A stretch of 64,000 bases of DNA from an uncultured Desulfobacter sp. (GTDB lineage: Bacteria; Desulfobacterota; Desulfobacteria; Desulfobacterales; Desulfobacteraceae), in NCBI GenBank assembly GCA_963665095.1, contig OY762069.1, forward strand, positions 4,768,001 through 4,832,000. Reading direction: 5' to 3'. Shown piece after piece: positions 17,150-25,890 of this stretch. The notes beneath the pieces were generated by a model. It was not told the DNA's origin. It was given only the letters and a program-made list of their open reading frames with translations, and did no database searches. Position 1 is the first letter of the stretch. Every line of letters starts with the position of its first letter. The translations under genes were made by a program, and so were the position numbers.

Positions 17150-18292
17150 TTAATCTTCGGCAATGGCACCGGCAGTCGGTCCGCCGTCGGCAGCAGTCGG
17201 GTTAAGGTCAATGCCCCAGTAGTCGCCGTCATCAGCAGGATACATGTGGCCTTCAGGGCACATGGTGGCAAACTGCCAGGTTGACTGAGCTTCTGAGATG
17301 TTGAAGGTCCGAACTTTAAAGTTGTCAGCATTACCGACATAGTCATAATCTGGACTGGGTTCGTCATCGGTGTAACCCACGCAGTAAGCCTGGAGACCGT
17401 CTTCAGAAGAGTCTCCGTCAATGGCGTCAATTGCGGCACCTTCAGTGGTATCATCCATTCTTACCGTAGTTGCCGTGAGACGAGGAAGTACCAGGTTGTA
17501 ATCATTGTAAGTTACGTTGTCGGCATTCTGAATGCCACCAGGGCAATGGGCTGCGTTGGCGATAACACCGTCTTTGACCAGAGCGGATTCAGCGCCCATA
17601 CCCATAACAATACGGCCAAAAAATTCAGGCTCACCCCAGCCACGCTCATAACTCGGAAGGACAAAAGCGTTACCAGAAGCGCCTGTATTGATACCAGTGG
17701 CAACCATCATAACACCAAGCCCTTCTTCAACAGTCACTTTTTCCATTTCAGGAGCTTTGGTAACGCTTGTTGCCAAAGCGGTGTCATTGGGACCAGGGTC
17801 GGTGGTGTCTGTTGAAACAGTATTATTGTAACCGGATTTAATTGCTGTGCCATCATCCAAATACGCATCATAAGCATTAAGGTTATATACAGACACAATG
17901 CCCATATTTTTGATCTCAGCGGCTTCGTTAGCATCCAGGTAATGAATCATGAAATGATTTCTTTCATTGAATTCAGCCGCCAGAGTTTCTGCACCATTGT
18001 CCGGGTCGCCGTCAGAAATAGCTGGAATCTGATAGGTATCAGCCGCTGTTTCTTCAACAATGTTGGTCAATAGGTTCGGAAAACGATTAGTTTTTTCAAA
18101 ATAAGAAGCCATATAAGTAACCATTCTGTTCTGGTTAGTGTCGCATACCGTATCAACGGCGTCGCCGGAGATGCCGGCAAGGCGGGGTGCGACCATGGCA
18201 ATGAGGAAGCCCATGATGGTCAGGACGACCAGGATTTCAAGCAGGGTAAAACCTTTTTGATTGTTAATGTTCTTGTGCTGTTTCTTTTCCAT
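17150..18292 (-). CDS. 380-aa acidic prepilin, probable major pilin
   Basis: MEKKQHKNINNQKG|FTLLEILVVLTIMG; strong RBS aaggag at 18303-18308; more A/T-ending codons than neighbouring genes; followed by a hairpin. Confidence 0.9.
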   Translation of the reverse strand: MEKKQHKNINNQKGFTLLEILVVLTIMGFLIAMVAPRLAGISGDAVDTVCDTNQNRMVTYMASYFEKTNRFPNLLTNIVEETAADTYQIPAISDGDPDNGAETLAAEFNERNHFMIHYLDANEAAEIKNMGIVSVYNLNAYDAYLDDGTAIKSGYNNTVSTDTTDPGPNDTALATSVTKAPEMEKVTVEEGLGVMMVATGINTGASGNAFVLPSYERGWGEPEFFGRIVMGMGAESALVKDGVIANAAHCPGGIQNADNVTYNDYNLVLPRLTATTVRMDDTTEGAAIDAIDGDSSEDGLQAYCVGYTDDEPSPDYDYVGNADNFKVRTFNISEAQSTWQFATMCPEGHMYPADDGDYWGIDLNPTAADGGPTAGAIAED

Positions 18293-18522
18293 TTTGTACT
18301 TCTCCTTTAAAATAAAGTTTAAGGCTAAGTACAAACAACCCACCCTCAGAGTCTGCTGCACTATGTGGCGCCGTGGGTTTCCACGGCAATTAAAAAATTA
18401 AGTGTTTTTCCCGGTATGTTCCGGGCCTTGCGGTATACCTTGTTCCGGCGCCCTGCCGCGACACAAGAAGTATTGCCTTAAATAACGGTGGTTCAAATCC
18501 TCCTTTCGGTTAAATTTGCGGG

Positions 18523-18762
18523 TTAGGGGTTTGCTGTGGGAGACACCGCCCGGGCATGCGGCCCAGCGGGCTTGAGCTGTCCTGCGTCGTAATCCACCAC
18601 ATATCGAAAGTCCTTGCCGCAATGGATAATGACCTCTTTCTGGCCTTTTTTAAGAAACCGCATTTCTACTTTCAGCTCTCCAAATCCGTCGTGCATAAAT
18701 ATATCCGTGTACAATTCCTGGATTTTGTCCAGTATGTCGCTGTGTTCCCGGGCAAGATTCAT
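18523..18762 (-). CDS. 79-aa conserved-looking small protein of unknown function
   Basis: RBS aggag; protein-like sequence (ELYTDIFMHDGFGELKVEMRFLKKGQKEVIIHCGKDFRYVVD). Confidence 0.75.
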   Translation of the reverse strand: MNLAREHSDILDKIQELYTDIFMHDGFGELKVEMRFLKKGQKEVIIHCGKDFRYVVDYDAGQLKPAGPHARAVSPTANP

Positions 18763-18862
18763 GAATCTCCTGTTCTTTTCCTTACGGCTTTGCCGGCTTT
18801 ATTGGGTGTTTTTGTCCGGGCCTGTCGGGCCCGAAGATTTGACTCATTGCTAATTCGGGGGA

Positions 18863-19270
18863 TTAACAGGCTGGAGGACCCCGGTACACCAGCCAGGCAT
18901 GAAAATCAGCCGGCACCGGAACGGGGGACCCGGGGCAGGAGAGGTCAGGACCGGGTGGGGCCGGCCTAACCTCCTGGTGACGAACGACCTGCTGCTCAGG
19001 TGCTTTGACGCATGAGTCGAAAATAGAACAGTGATGGAGGTGATACCCGTCTGTATTTCGCTTTTCAATACAGGCCACAAGACGAGGCGCACCGTTATCT
19101 GCATTCCGGTGTCCATGGGTATGAAACTGTTTCAGGTCAGACATGCCATGCCAGGACGTATGACATATTCCTGATGCGAAAAGATTGAAGGTAAACAATG
19201 CCAGCACCACAAGCACCACCATGGGCACTTCCGGTACAGTTGAATTTTCTTTTTCAAAAAGGTCAGGCAT
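18863..19270 (-). CDS. His/Cys-rich leader ORF ending in RGPP (DUF2946/CruR/CutF-like arrest peptide candidate)
   Basis: Hydrophobic N-terminal helix, HTHGH and HLHHC..C clusters, Pro-rich linker, C-terminal WLVYRGPPAC*. Confidence 0.7.
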   Translation of the reverse strand: MPDLFEKENSTVPEVPMVVLVVLALFTFNLFASGICHTSWHGMSDLKQFHTHGHRNADNGAPRLVACIEKRNTDGYHLHHCSIFDSCVKAPEQQVVRHQEVRPAPPGPDLSCPGSPVPVPADFHAWLVYRGPPAC

Positions 19271-19357
19271 TTATTCACCATATCAAACAAATCTATGTAT
19301 AAAGATTTGCCTTGTCTGTATCGACTAACTTGTATTGCTTAGACTTAAAAACAAGAT

Positions 19358-19388
19358 GCGTTATAACGCCTGATAAGATAGGTGTCAA
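19358..19388 (-). promoter_or_regulatory. sigma70 promoter of the pilus operon with a palindrome over the -10
   Basis: TTGACA (19388-19383), 17 bp, TATAAC (19365-19360); perfect 12-bp palindrome gcgttataacgc at 19358-19369. Confidence 0.7.
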
Positions 19389-19497
19389 GGGGTAATGTTT
19401 GTTTGCACTAAAAAAAAATAGATTTAAAAATAAGTTTTATTAAGCGAATTTATTGAGAGTCTATCTGGTTGAGGTAATGGCAATATAAATGCACAGA

Positions 19498-19851
19498 TTA
19501 CGGTTTGACCACCAATGCAACCGCTGTGGGTATCAGGCCGTTGGGTGGGATCAGGCCGTCAAATTTTTTTTCATATCCATGCACTGATTTTAGCCCAGAA
19601 AAACAATCCAACACTGTAAAAATTCGTTCCGGGCTTACATTTTTCAGAATGGTTCCAAAAAGCTGCTGCGCTTCATCCGTTAAATCTGCCACGATTTCCC
19701 GGGTCATTTTAATGGGGCGGGAATGTCCGATGATTTCAATGGTGTGGGCCTGGGCCGTGGTGAAGCCGGTGTCTCGGACAACCGCTTCTTCCCTGGAAGA
19801 TAGCTTTTCAAAAAATTCCACAATGCTTTTTGACAGATGGGTTAAATCCAT
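19498..19851 (-). pseudogene. MarR-family regulator with internal deletion of the HTH/wing
   Basis: MDLTHLSKSIVEFFEKLSSREEAVVRDTGFTTAQAHTIEIIGHSRPIKM joins directly to the C-terminal helix TREIVADLTDEAQQLFGTILK; recognition helix and DRR wing are absent. Confidence 0.65.
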
Positions 19852-19917
19852 TGTTAAATAAAAAGCAATATGGTATTTGCCTGAACAAAAATCACGCACA
19901 GCACAGGAGCATAATCT

Positions 19918-20991
19918 ATGGATCCAACCCGTCTGATTCCAACACCGGATACAATCCCTGTGGCCTGGGGATGGTTTGATCTGCTGTTGATCGCCACTTT
20001 TATTCTGCATCTTCTGGTCATGAATTTCATGCTTGGCGGAGGGCTTATCTCTGTGCTCAACATGTTTCGCCCACAAAGTCAAAACCAGCTTTTAAACAAA
20101 GAGATAAGCGTTAAATGGCCCTTTACCATCGCCTTTGCCGTGAACTTGGGTGTGGCACCACTGCTGTTTATTCAGGTGATATACGGTCATTTCATTTATA
20201 CCAGCTCCATTCTGATGGCGGTGTGGTGGCTGTCTGTCATTATATTACTGATTCTGGCGTATTACGGGGCGTATATTTATGATTTTAAATTTGATCGGCT
20301 TAAAACCCTGAAAGCACCGCTTCTGTTAGTGGTGGTGGTTTTGATGCTGTATATCGCCTTTTTCTTTACCAATAATATGACGCTTATGCTTCAACCGGAG
20401 CGCTGGCAGGCCTATTTTCAAAATACCGGGGGGACGTTTCTCAACCTTGGGGACCCTGTCCTGGTCCCGCGTTATCTGCATATGGTTACAGGCTCTGTGG
20501 CGGTTGCAGGGCTGGGTGTGGCCGCGCTTGGCCATTTTAATCTGATTCGGACGGGCCTTGATCGTGAATGGATGATCCGCCGGGGTTTAGGGTATTTCCG
20601 GGCTGCAACCATGGTTCAGGTGCTGATCGGTATCTGGTTTCTCATCTCTTTACCAACCCATATTATGACCCTTTTTCTGGGAAAAAGTGTTGTGGGAACC
20701 CTTCTTTTAGTCATGGGCGTGGTTCTGGCGGTTGCCGGCCTTTTTCTGGCCAAAAGGGGCAAACCCATGGCTGTGATCGGGACAGGTTCGATACTGCTGG
20801 TGGTGATGGTACTTATAAGAGATCTGGTCAGGCAGGCCTATCTGCAGCCCTATTTTCAGTTATCAGACCTCACCCTGCAAAAGGAGAGCAGCTCGTTTAT
20901 CTTTTTTCTGGTGGTGCTTGTCATCGGGATTACCCTTATCGGGTATATGCTCAAACTGCTTGCAGGGTGTGAAAGGCAGGTGTCCAGATGA
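19918..20991 (+). CDS. Multi-TM partner subunit of a cytochrome bd-like complex (CydA'-like)
   Basis: About 9 TMs with His residues (FILHLL, RYLHMV); overlaps the CydA-like gene (ATGA); RBS aggag. Confidence 0.7.
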   Translation: MDPTRLIPTPDTIPVAWGWFDLLLIATFILHLLVMNFMLGGGLISVLNMFRPQSQNQLLNKEISVKWPFTIAFAVNLGVAPLLFIQVIYGHFIYTSSILMAVWWLSVIILLILAYYGAYIYDFKFDRLKTLKAPLLLVVVVLMLYIAFFFTNNMTLMLQPERWQAYFQNTGGTFLNLGDPVLVPRYLHMVTGSVAVAGLGVAALGHFNLIRTGLDREWMIRRGLGYFRAATMVQVLIGIWFLISLPTHIMTLFLGKSVVGTLLLVMGVVLAVAGLFLAKRGKPMAVIGTGSILLVVMVLIRDLVRQAYLQPYFQLSDLTLQKESSSFIFFLVVLVIGITLIGYMLKLLAGCERQVSR

Positions 20992-23630
20992 ATTATCCCC
21001 TATGGCATCTGACCACCTTTGGCGGTGGTTTTTTTATTGCACTGATTGCAGTGGTTCATGTGCTGGTTTCCCACTTTGCCGTTGGCGGCGGGGCATTTCT
21101 GGTGCTTCTGGAGAGAAAGGCGCGTAACACTGACGATGCCGACCTTTTAGCCTATGTAAAAAAACACAGCCGTTTTTTCATGCTGCTGACCATGGTGTTC
21201 GGCAGCATCACAGGCGTGGGGATCTGGTGGACCATTGCCCTGCTCAACCCCGGCGGGACATCTGTCTTGATTCACACCTTTGTTTTCGGGTGGGCTGCGG
21301 AATGGGTCTTTTTCCTGTGCGAAATTGTGGCGTTGTTTGTCTATTATTACACCTTTGATCGCATGGACCCTAAGGCCCACACGACCGTGGGGTGGATCTA
21401 TTTTATCAGTGCCTGGATGTCGCTGTTCCTGATCAACGGCATTATTGATTTTATGCTTACACCCGGGGCCTGGCTTGATACAAAGGCGTTCTGGGACGGG
21501 TTTTTTAATCCCACCTTCTGGCCCGCCCTGGTGTTCCGCACAGGCATGGCATTGACCCTTTGCGGTGTGTTTGGGTTTGTCACGGCGGCCTTTACTCAAA
21601 AAGCGGGGCTGCGGACCCGGCTGATGCGGATCTGTTCTGTCTGGACCCTTCTGCCCTTTGTTTTGATGATGATTGGCCTTTTCTGGTATGCCAAGGTGTT
21701 GCCTGAAACGGTCCATACGATGATATTCAGCCACTCTCCTGAGATGGCGCCCTATTTTACCGCCTTTATGTGGGGGCTGCCGGTACTCTTTGCCGCTGCT
21801 TTGGTGATGGCCCTGAAATTGCCGCAGGGGGTCCAAAAGGCCCTTTGCGTGGTGGTGGTCCTCGTCTCCCTGGTCTATCTCGGTGCCTTTGAATTTATTC
21901 GGGAGGGGGGACGCAGGCCCTTTATTATCCGGGATTACATGTATGCCAACCAGGTGCGCAAAACCGATGTAAAAACGATAAACGACAAGGGGTTCCTGTC
22001 CACGGCCAAATGGAGCCGACATAAACAGATCACAGACGAAAACCAGGTTGATGCCGGTGCCGAGCTGTTCCAGTTCCAGTGCGGCATCTGCCACGCAATT
22101 GACGGGCCCATGCACAATATCCGGCCCCTGATCAAAAAGTATGACAGTATGTTCGGCATGGATGCCAAGCTCAACGGTCTGGGTAAACTGAATACCTATA
22201 TGCCCGAATTCATGGGCACCTGCCGGGAACGTCTGGCCCTGGCCGCCTATCTGGTTCAGGAGATCAACGGCATTAATACTGCAATCCCGGATAATCCCGA
22301 AGTGGCAAATAAAGATCTGCCTGTATCGGTTCCTCCCTTTGATCATGACACGGACCAGTATGTGCTGCTGGCATGGAACGACCTGGGGATGCACTGCATT
22401 TCCGACAGCTCCCGGTACTGGGTGCTTTTGCCGCCGGCAAACAATATCTGGGCCCAGCTGATCCGGCGCGATGACGTGCCGGAACTTGTCACCGACGGGG
22501 TGGAACTGCGTTATGAGGTTGAAAAAGGGTTTGAGCATCCTGAAAATCACGTACCGTTCTGGGAGCACGCACAATCCATTCTCGGCAAAAAGCTTGACCC
22601 GGGTGCGGGTGTAACCGGCAACAAGGTCTCAGGCGTCATGGAAGCCAGGGAAGACCACCAGGCATTTGCAGCGGAGTTTATCCCGGTGGTGCCCTACCCG
22701 GATGACGGCAGCTTCAATCCCTATCCCATTTTCACGGTTACCGCCGTGGACAAAGCTTCCGGCAAGGTGCTGGCGGTCACGCGAACAGTGGCACCCACCT
22801 CAACGGAGATGGGGTGTAAAAACTGCCATGGCGGCGGCTGGCGGGTCAACGGCGTGGCCGGGTTCACAAAGGAGACCAGCCTGGATGTACTCAAGGCCCA
22901 TGACAAGAACAGCGGCACCCGTCTTGTGGAACGCGCCCTAAAGGGGGAACCCATGCTCTGCCAGTCCTGCCATGCGGATCCTGTGCTGGGCACCCAAGGA
23001 AAACCGGGGATTCTTAATTTTCCTGCGGCCATTCACGGGTGGCACGCCAATTTCCTCACAGACCGCGAAGGTCCTGCCGCATGCGTGGCCTGCCATCCGG
23101 CACGCGCCAACGGGCCCACCCAGTGCTTCCGAAGCCACCATGCCGATTTCCTTGACTGCACCAACTGCCACGGCACCCTTGAAGACCATGCCCTGGGCCT
23201 GCTGAAAAAGGAGAAGATGGACGGGAAGAAAGGTGCGGCCCGGCTGATGGAACGTCTGACGCCGAGGGTGGCGGATACGGTGGCGGAGATCAATCCCCGG
23301 ACCCCATGGCTGCAGGAGCCCGACTGCCTGAATTGTCATCAGGAGTATCAGCCCCCGGAAACCGACAACGGGTTCAATACCTGGACCTCAGGCGGAGAAA
23401 CACTTTTCCGTAACCGGACTGATGAGATGGGCGCGGTGATGTGTGAAGGGTGCCACAGCAGTACCCATGCCACATATCCGGCCGTAATGAACCGCCTGGG
23501 CGAGCAGCGGGATTCCATCCAGCCCCAGCAGTACCAGGACAGCGACAGGCCCATCGGCAATGACTGCACGGTCTGCCACAGGGTGCAGCCCGATTATGAA
23601 GGGCATCATCCCAACTCGCTTCGCCAATAA
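20988..23630 (+). CDS. CydA-like bd-oxidase subunit I fused to a multiheme cytochrome c (8 CxxCH)
   Basis: HVLVSHFAVG, GSITGVGIW, WAAEWVFF, EFIREGGRRPFII CydA-type motifs; CGICH, CKNCH, CQSCH, CVACH, CTNCH, CLNCH, CEGCH, CTVCH. Confidence 0.88.
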   Translation: MNYPLWHLTTFGGGFFIALIAVVHVLVSHFAVGGGAFLVLLERKARNTDDADLLAYVKKHSRFFMLLTMVFGSITGVGIWWTIALLNPGGTSVLIHTFVFGWAAEWVFFLCEIVALFVYYYTFDRMDPKAHTTVGWIYFISAWMSLFLINGIIDFMLTPGAWLDTKAFWDGFFNPTFWPALVFRTGMALTLCGVFGFVTAAFTQKAGLRTRLMRICSVWTLLPFVLMMIGLFWYAKVLPETVHTMIFSHSPEMAPYFTAFMWGLPVLFAAALVMALKLPQGVQKALCVVVVLVSLVYLGAFEFIREGGRRPFIIRDYMYANQVRKTDVKTINDKGFLSTAKWSRHKQITDENQVDAGAELFQFQCGICHAIDGPMHNIRPLIKKYDSMFGMDAKLNGLGKLNTYMPEFMGTCRERLALAAYLVQEINGINTAIPDNPEVANKDLPVSVPPFDHDTDQYVLLAWNDLGMHCISDSSRYWVLLPPANNIWAQLIRRDDVPELVTDGVELRYEVEKGFEHPENHVPFWEHAQSILGKKLDPGAGVTGNKVSGVMEAREDHQAFAAEFIPVVPYPDDGSFNPYPIFTVTAVDKASGKVLAVTRTVAPTSTEMGCKNCHGGGWRVNGVAGFTKETSLDVLKAHDKNSGTRLVERALKGEPMLCQSCHADPVLGTQGKPGILNFPAAIHGWHANFLTDREGPAACVACHPARANGPTQCFRSHHADFLDCTNCHGTLEDHALGLLKKEKMDGKKGAARLMERLTPRVADTVAEINPRTPWLQEPDCLNCHQEYQPPETDNGFNTWTSGGETLFRNRTDEMGAVMCEGCHSSTHATYPAVMNRLGEQRDSIQPQQYQDSDRPIGNDCTVCHRVQPDYEGHHPNSLRQ

Positions 23631-23651
23631 TTGTACGGTGTTTTGACACAG

Positions 23652-23701
23652 CCGGTCCTGTCCGCAACTACTTTGCCGGACAGGACCGGTTCTATTTTTT
23701 T
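23652..23701 (+). terminator. Intrinsic terminator
   Basis: ccggtcctgtccg / cggacaggaccgg 13-bp stem followed by ttctattttttt. Confidence 0.75.
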
Positions 23702-23830
23702 CTAAAGTCAGACAGGTGATTTGTCTGGCCATGCAGAGTCGGTGGCCCTTCCTCGTAAGGCTGCAGAAAGGGCGGCTCCGCTGACCCTGAATAACACAGG
23801 TCTGGCGCAACAGCGCCTGACACCGATGAA

Positions 23831-24346
23831 TCAGCTTGCCGCCTGTGTGATTAAATATTGCTGATACCGGTGGATTTCATCCAGAAAATTGGGTGTAAAA
23901 ATTCCTGAATCCGCTTTTGCATCGATTTCATGCAACTGCCAGAAGCGTCCTTCCTCAATCTCTTCGACATTGGTTTTAATATCCCCGTCCCACAGGCAGT
24001 GGTAGGTGGACACATATTCCGATTCATAGTTATTTTGCATCCGGTATTTGTACAAAAAATCAAACCCGGCGCCGGTAATGCCTAACTCTTCTTTCATTTC
24101 ACGGGCAGCTGCATTCTGGTAGGATTCTCCTTTATCCACATGGCCGCCCACTGACGTATCCCATTTCCCAGGCTGGACATCTTTATTTTTATCCCGTTTT
24201 TGGAGATATACTTCGTTTTTGCTGTTAAAAACCAGAATATGAACCACCCTGTGAATCAGGTCCGGGTTTCCGTGAACCTGCTTGCGGGTGGCCTGCCCAA
24301 TAATATGATCTTCTTCATCAACGATATCGAAAATTTCTTTTGTCAT
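23831..24346 (-). CDS. NUDIX hydrolase (IPP-isomerase-like)
   Basis: Nudix box GGHVDKGESYQNAAAREMKEELG; HRVVHILVFN. Confidence 0.9.
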   Translation of the reverse strand: MTKEIFDIVDEEDHIIGQATRKQVHGNPDLIHRVVHILVFNSKNEVYLQKRDKNKDVQPGKWDTSVGGHVDKGESYQNAAAREMKEELGITGAGFDFLYKYRMQNNYESEYVSTYHCLWDGDIKTNVEEIEEGRFWQLHEIDAKADSGIFTPNFLDEIHRYQQYLITQAAS

Positions 24347-24484
24347 AAACAGTTCCTTCAACTTCAGGCAGACTCAATCCATGCTGCACAAGAAATACTG
24401 ACATGCGGTCCCCTTCCAGATTATTTTTAAACCGCCATAGTAGTTAAGGAATTCCTGCTCGTCAACGTCAATTCCCCATATCTG

Positions 24485-25300
24485 TCACTCTTCCAGGTGC
24501 CAGAGTTTAACCGCGTTAAAATAGTTTGCCATGTTATGGTCGGCCACGCCGTCCAGGCCCTGTTCCCTGACTGCGTTAAAGGCACCGTCAAAGTAGTCGA
24601 GAAATTTGAACCAGCATCCGGGTTCCGGACAGATTTGTTTTTCTTCGGATATGTACAGATAGGTGCCCACATGGCTGTATCCCATTAAACGGGCCGGCAC
24701 CCGGGTCACAATGTCGTTGTTGTTGTGGAATCTGAAAAACCGCTGTTTACATTCCATATTGAAAATACGGGCGGTATCCCGGGTCATGGCCCGGGGCTGC
24801 CCAAATGTGTATACGCTTGTAAATGGCTTGTCTTCATGGATATACCTTGCCGCGGCAATGGTTGCCATGGCCCCGCCCAGGCTGTGGCCGGTTATGAAGA
24901 TGGGGCGCCTTTTAACTTGCTGCAGGGCCCGGCATTTTTCATCAATGGGCTGCCACACATCTTCCACAAATTTCCAGAATCCCCGGTGAAACTGTCCGAA
25001 CAAAGCATCCGTACCAAAAGCATCAATATTGTCCAGCCAGTCTCTGAGCTCATTTGTGCCCCGAAATGCCATGCACAGATACTCTTCATGTTCGATCACA
25101 GCTGCCTGGGCACTGTTGTTATCCACACCCGATACGGAGATGAATTTATCATCCTCCCGCTGCAGGGTGTTTAAAATGCCCTCTTCATCAGGGACCTGGT
25201 TGTCATTGGATTGTTTCAAGTACACTTCCCTGGCAATTTTTGCCATCCAGTATGCATTTCCGGCATCCATCGCCGTTTTATAGGGTGATACTTTTTTCAT
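24485..25300 (-). CDS. Class 3 lipase family protein
   Basis: AFRGT, FHRGF, TGHSLGGA, YTFGQPR, NNDIVTRVP, DHNMANY. Confidence 0.9.
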   Translation of the reverse strand: MKKVSPYKTAMDAGNAYWMAKIAREVYLKQSNDNQVPDEEGILNTLQREDDKFISVSGVDNNSAQAAVIEHEEYLCMAFRGTNELRDWLDNIDAFGTDALFGQFHRGFWKFVEDVWQPIDEKCRALQQVKRRPIFITGHSLGGAMATIAAARYIHEDKPFTSVYTFGQPRAMTRDTARIFNMECKQRFFRFHNNNDIVTRVPARLMGYSHVGTYLYISEEKQICPEPGCWFKFLDYFDGAFNAVREQGLDGVADHNMANYFNAVKLWHLEE

Positions 25301-25582
25301 CTGCGGGCTTCCTTTTTTTAAAATATTTTTGCCCAGGTGGTATCCAGTCCAGGTCATTCAGCGGCTGCAAGTATATTTAACAGGGACTGAACTGGTTTGA
25401 CATCGTCCCAGTGATTCGGGACAGCATATTCCACAGGCCATTGAAAATGTTGCCTGTTTATGCAGGTGAATTGGGTACTTTGTCATATATGATGGCAGGA
25501 GAGAGCAATACAAATTTTCTATTTTACTGATAAGTTACATTGGGCAACAGCCATCCTTCTGAAACGATTTCAGCGGCCGCTG

Positions 25583-25734
25583 GTGTCGGAACAGTTAAGG
25601 GGAGTACCCACCTGCGGCGTTGCTGCACAAAGCTGCAATCCTCACGCACTGGAGTACGCTTGCGGTTGGAGCTTTGCTTGGGCCTTGCATCTGGGCAATT
25701 TTGCGTCCAAACACTGGGTTTTCGTTCAGGCACT
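25583..25734 (-). repeat. Structured dispersed repeat, copy A
   Basis: Shares the identical blocks ttgcccagatgcaa, gtgaggattgcag and gcaacgccgcaggtgggt with 52014..52145. Confidence 0.8.
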
Positions 25735-25890
25735 ATATATCCTAGTTTGTATAATCAGGGCGGATAAAGGTATAAAAAGGGGAAAATTAGATAAAAATTT
25801 TCAGCAGTAATCGTTTTCTAACATTTTTATATTTAGATATGCAGGAAATAAGGACCAGGCACTGTTCCCAATTCAAAAGGAAAATAGTTA

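Noticed and set aside
17150..18292. Geobacter-type conductive e-pilin
   Set aside because: e-pilins are typically short and aromatic-dense; this pilin is long and acidic. No basis for a conductivity claim.
18370..18387. gccgtgg/ccacggc hairpin upstream of the major pilin as a c-di-GMP-I riboswitch
   Set aside because: Lacks the GGCAAAC and GACGCAAAGC elements; treated as a simple 5' hairpin.
18486..18503. tRNA T-arm-like GGTTCAAATCC
   Set aside because: No acceptor stem, D-arm or anticodon arm can be built around it.
19852..20082. N-terminal extension of the 194-aa ORF 19498..20082
   Set aside because: Overlaps the divergent cytochrome partner gene; MarR similarity starts only at Met 19851.
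21147..22574. 475-aa antisense ORF and similar long shadow ORFs (5926..6984, 9741..10823)
   Set aside because: They lie opposite well-supported genes and show no recognisable motifs; expected from codon bias.
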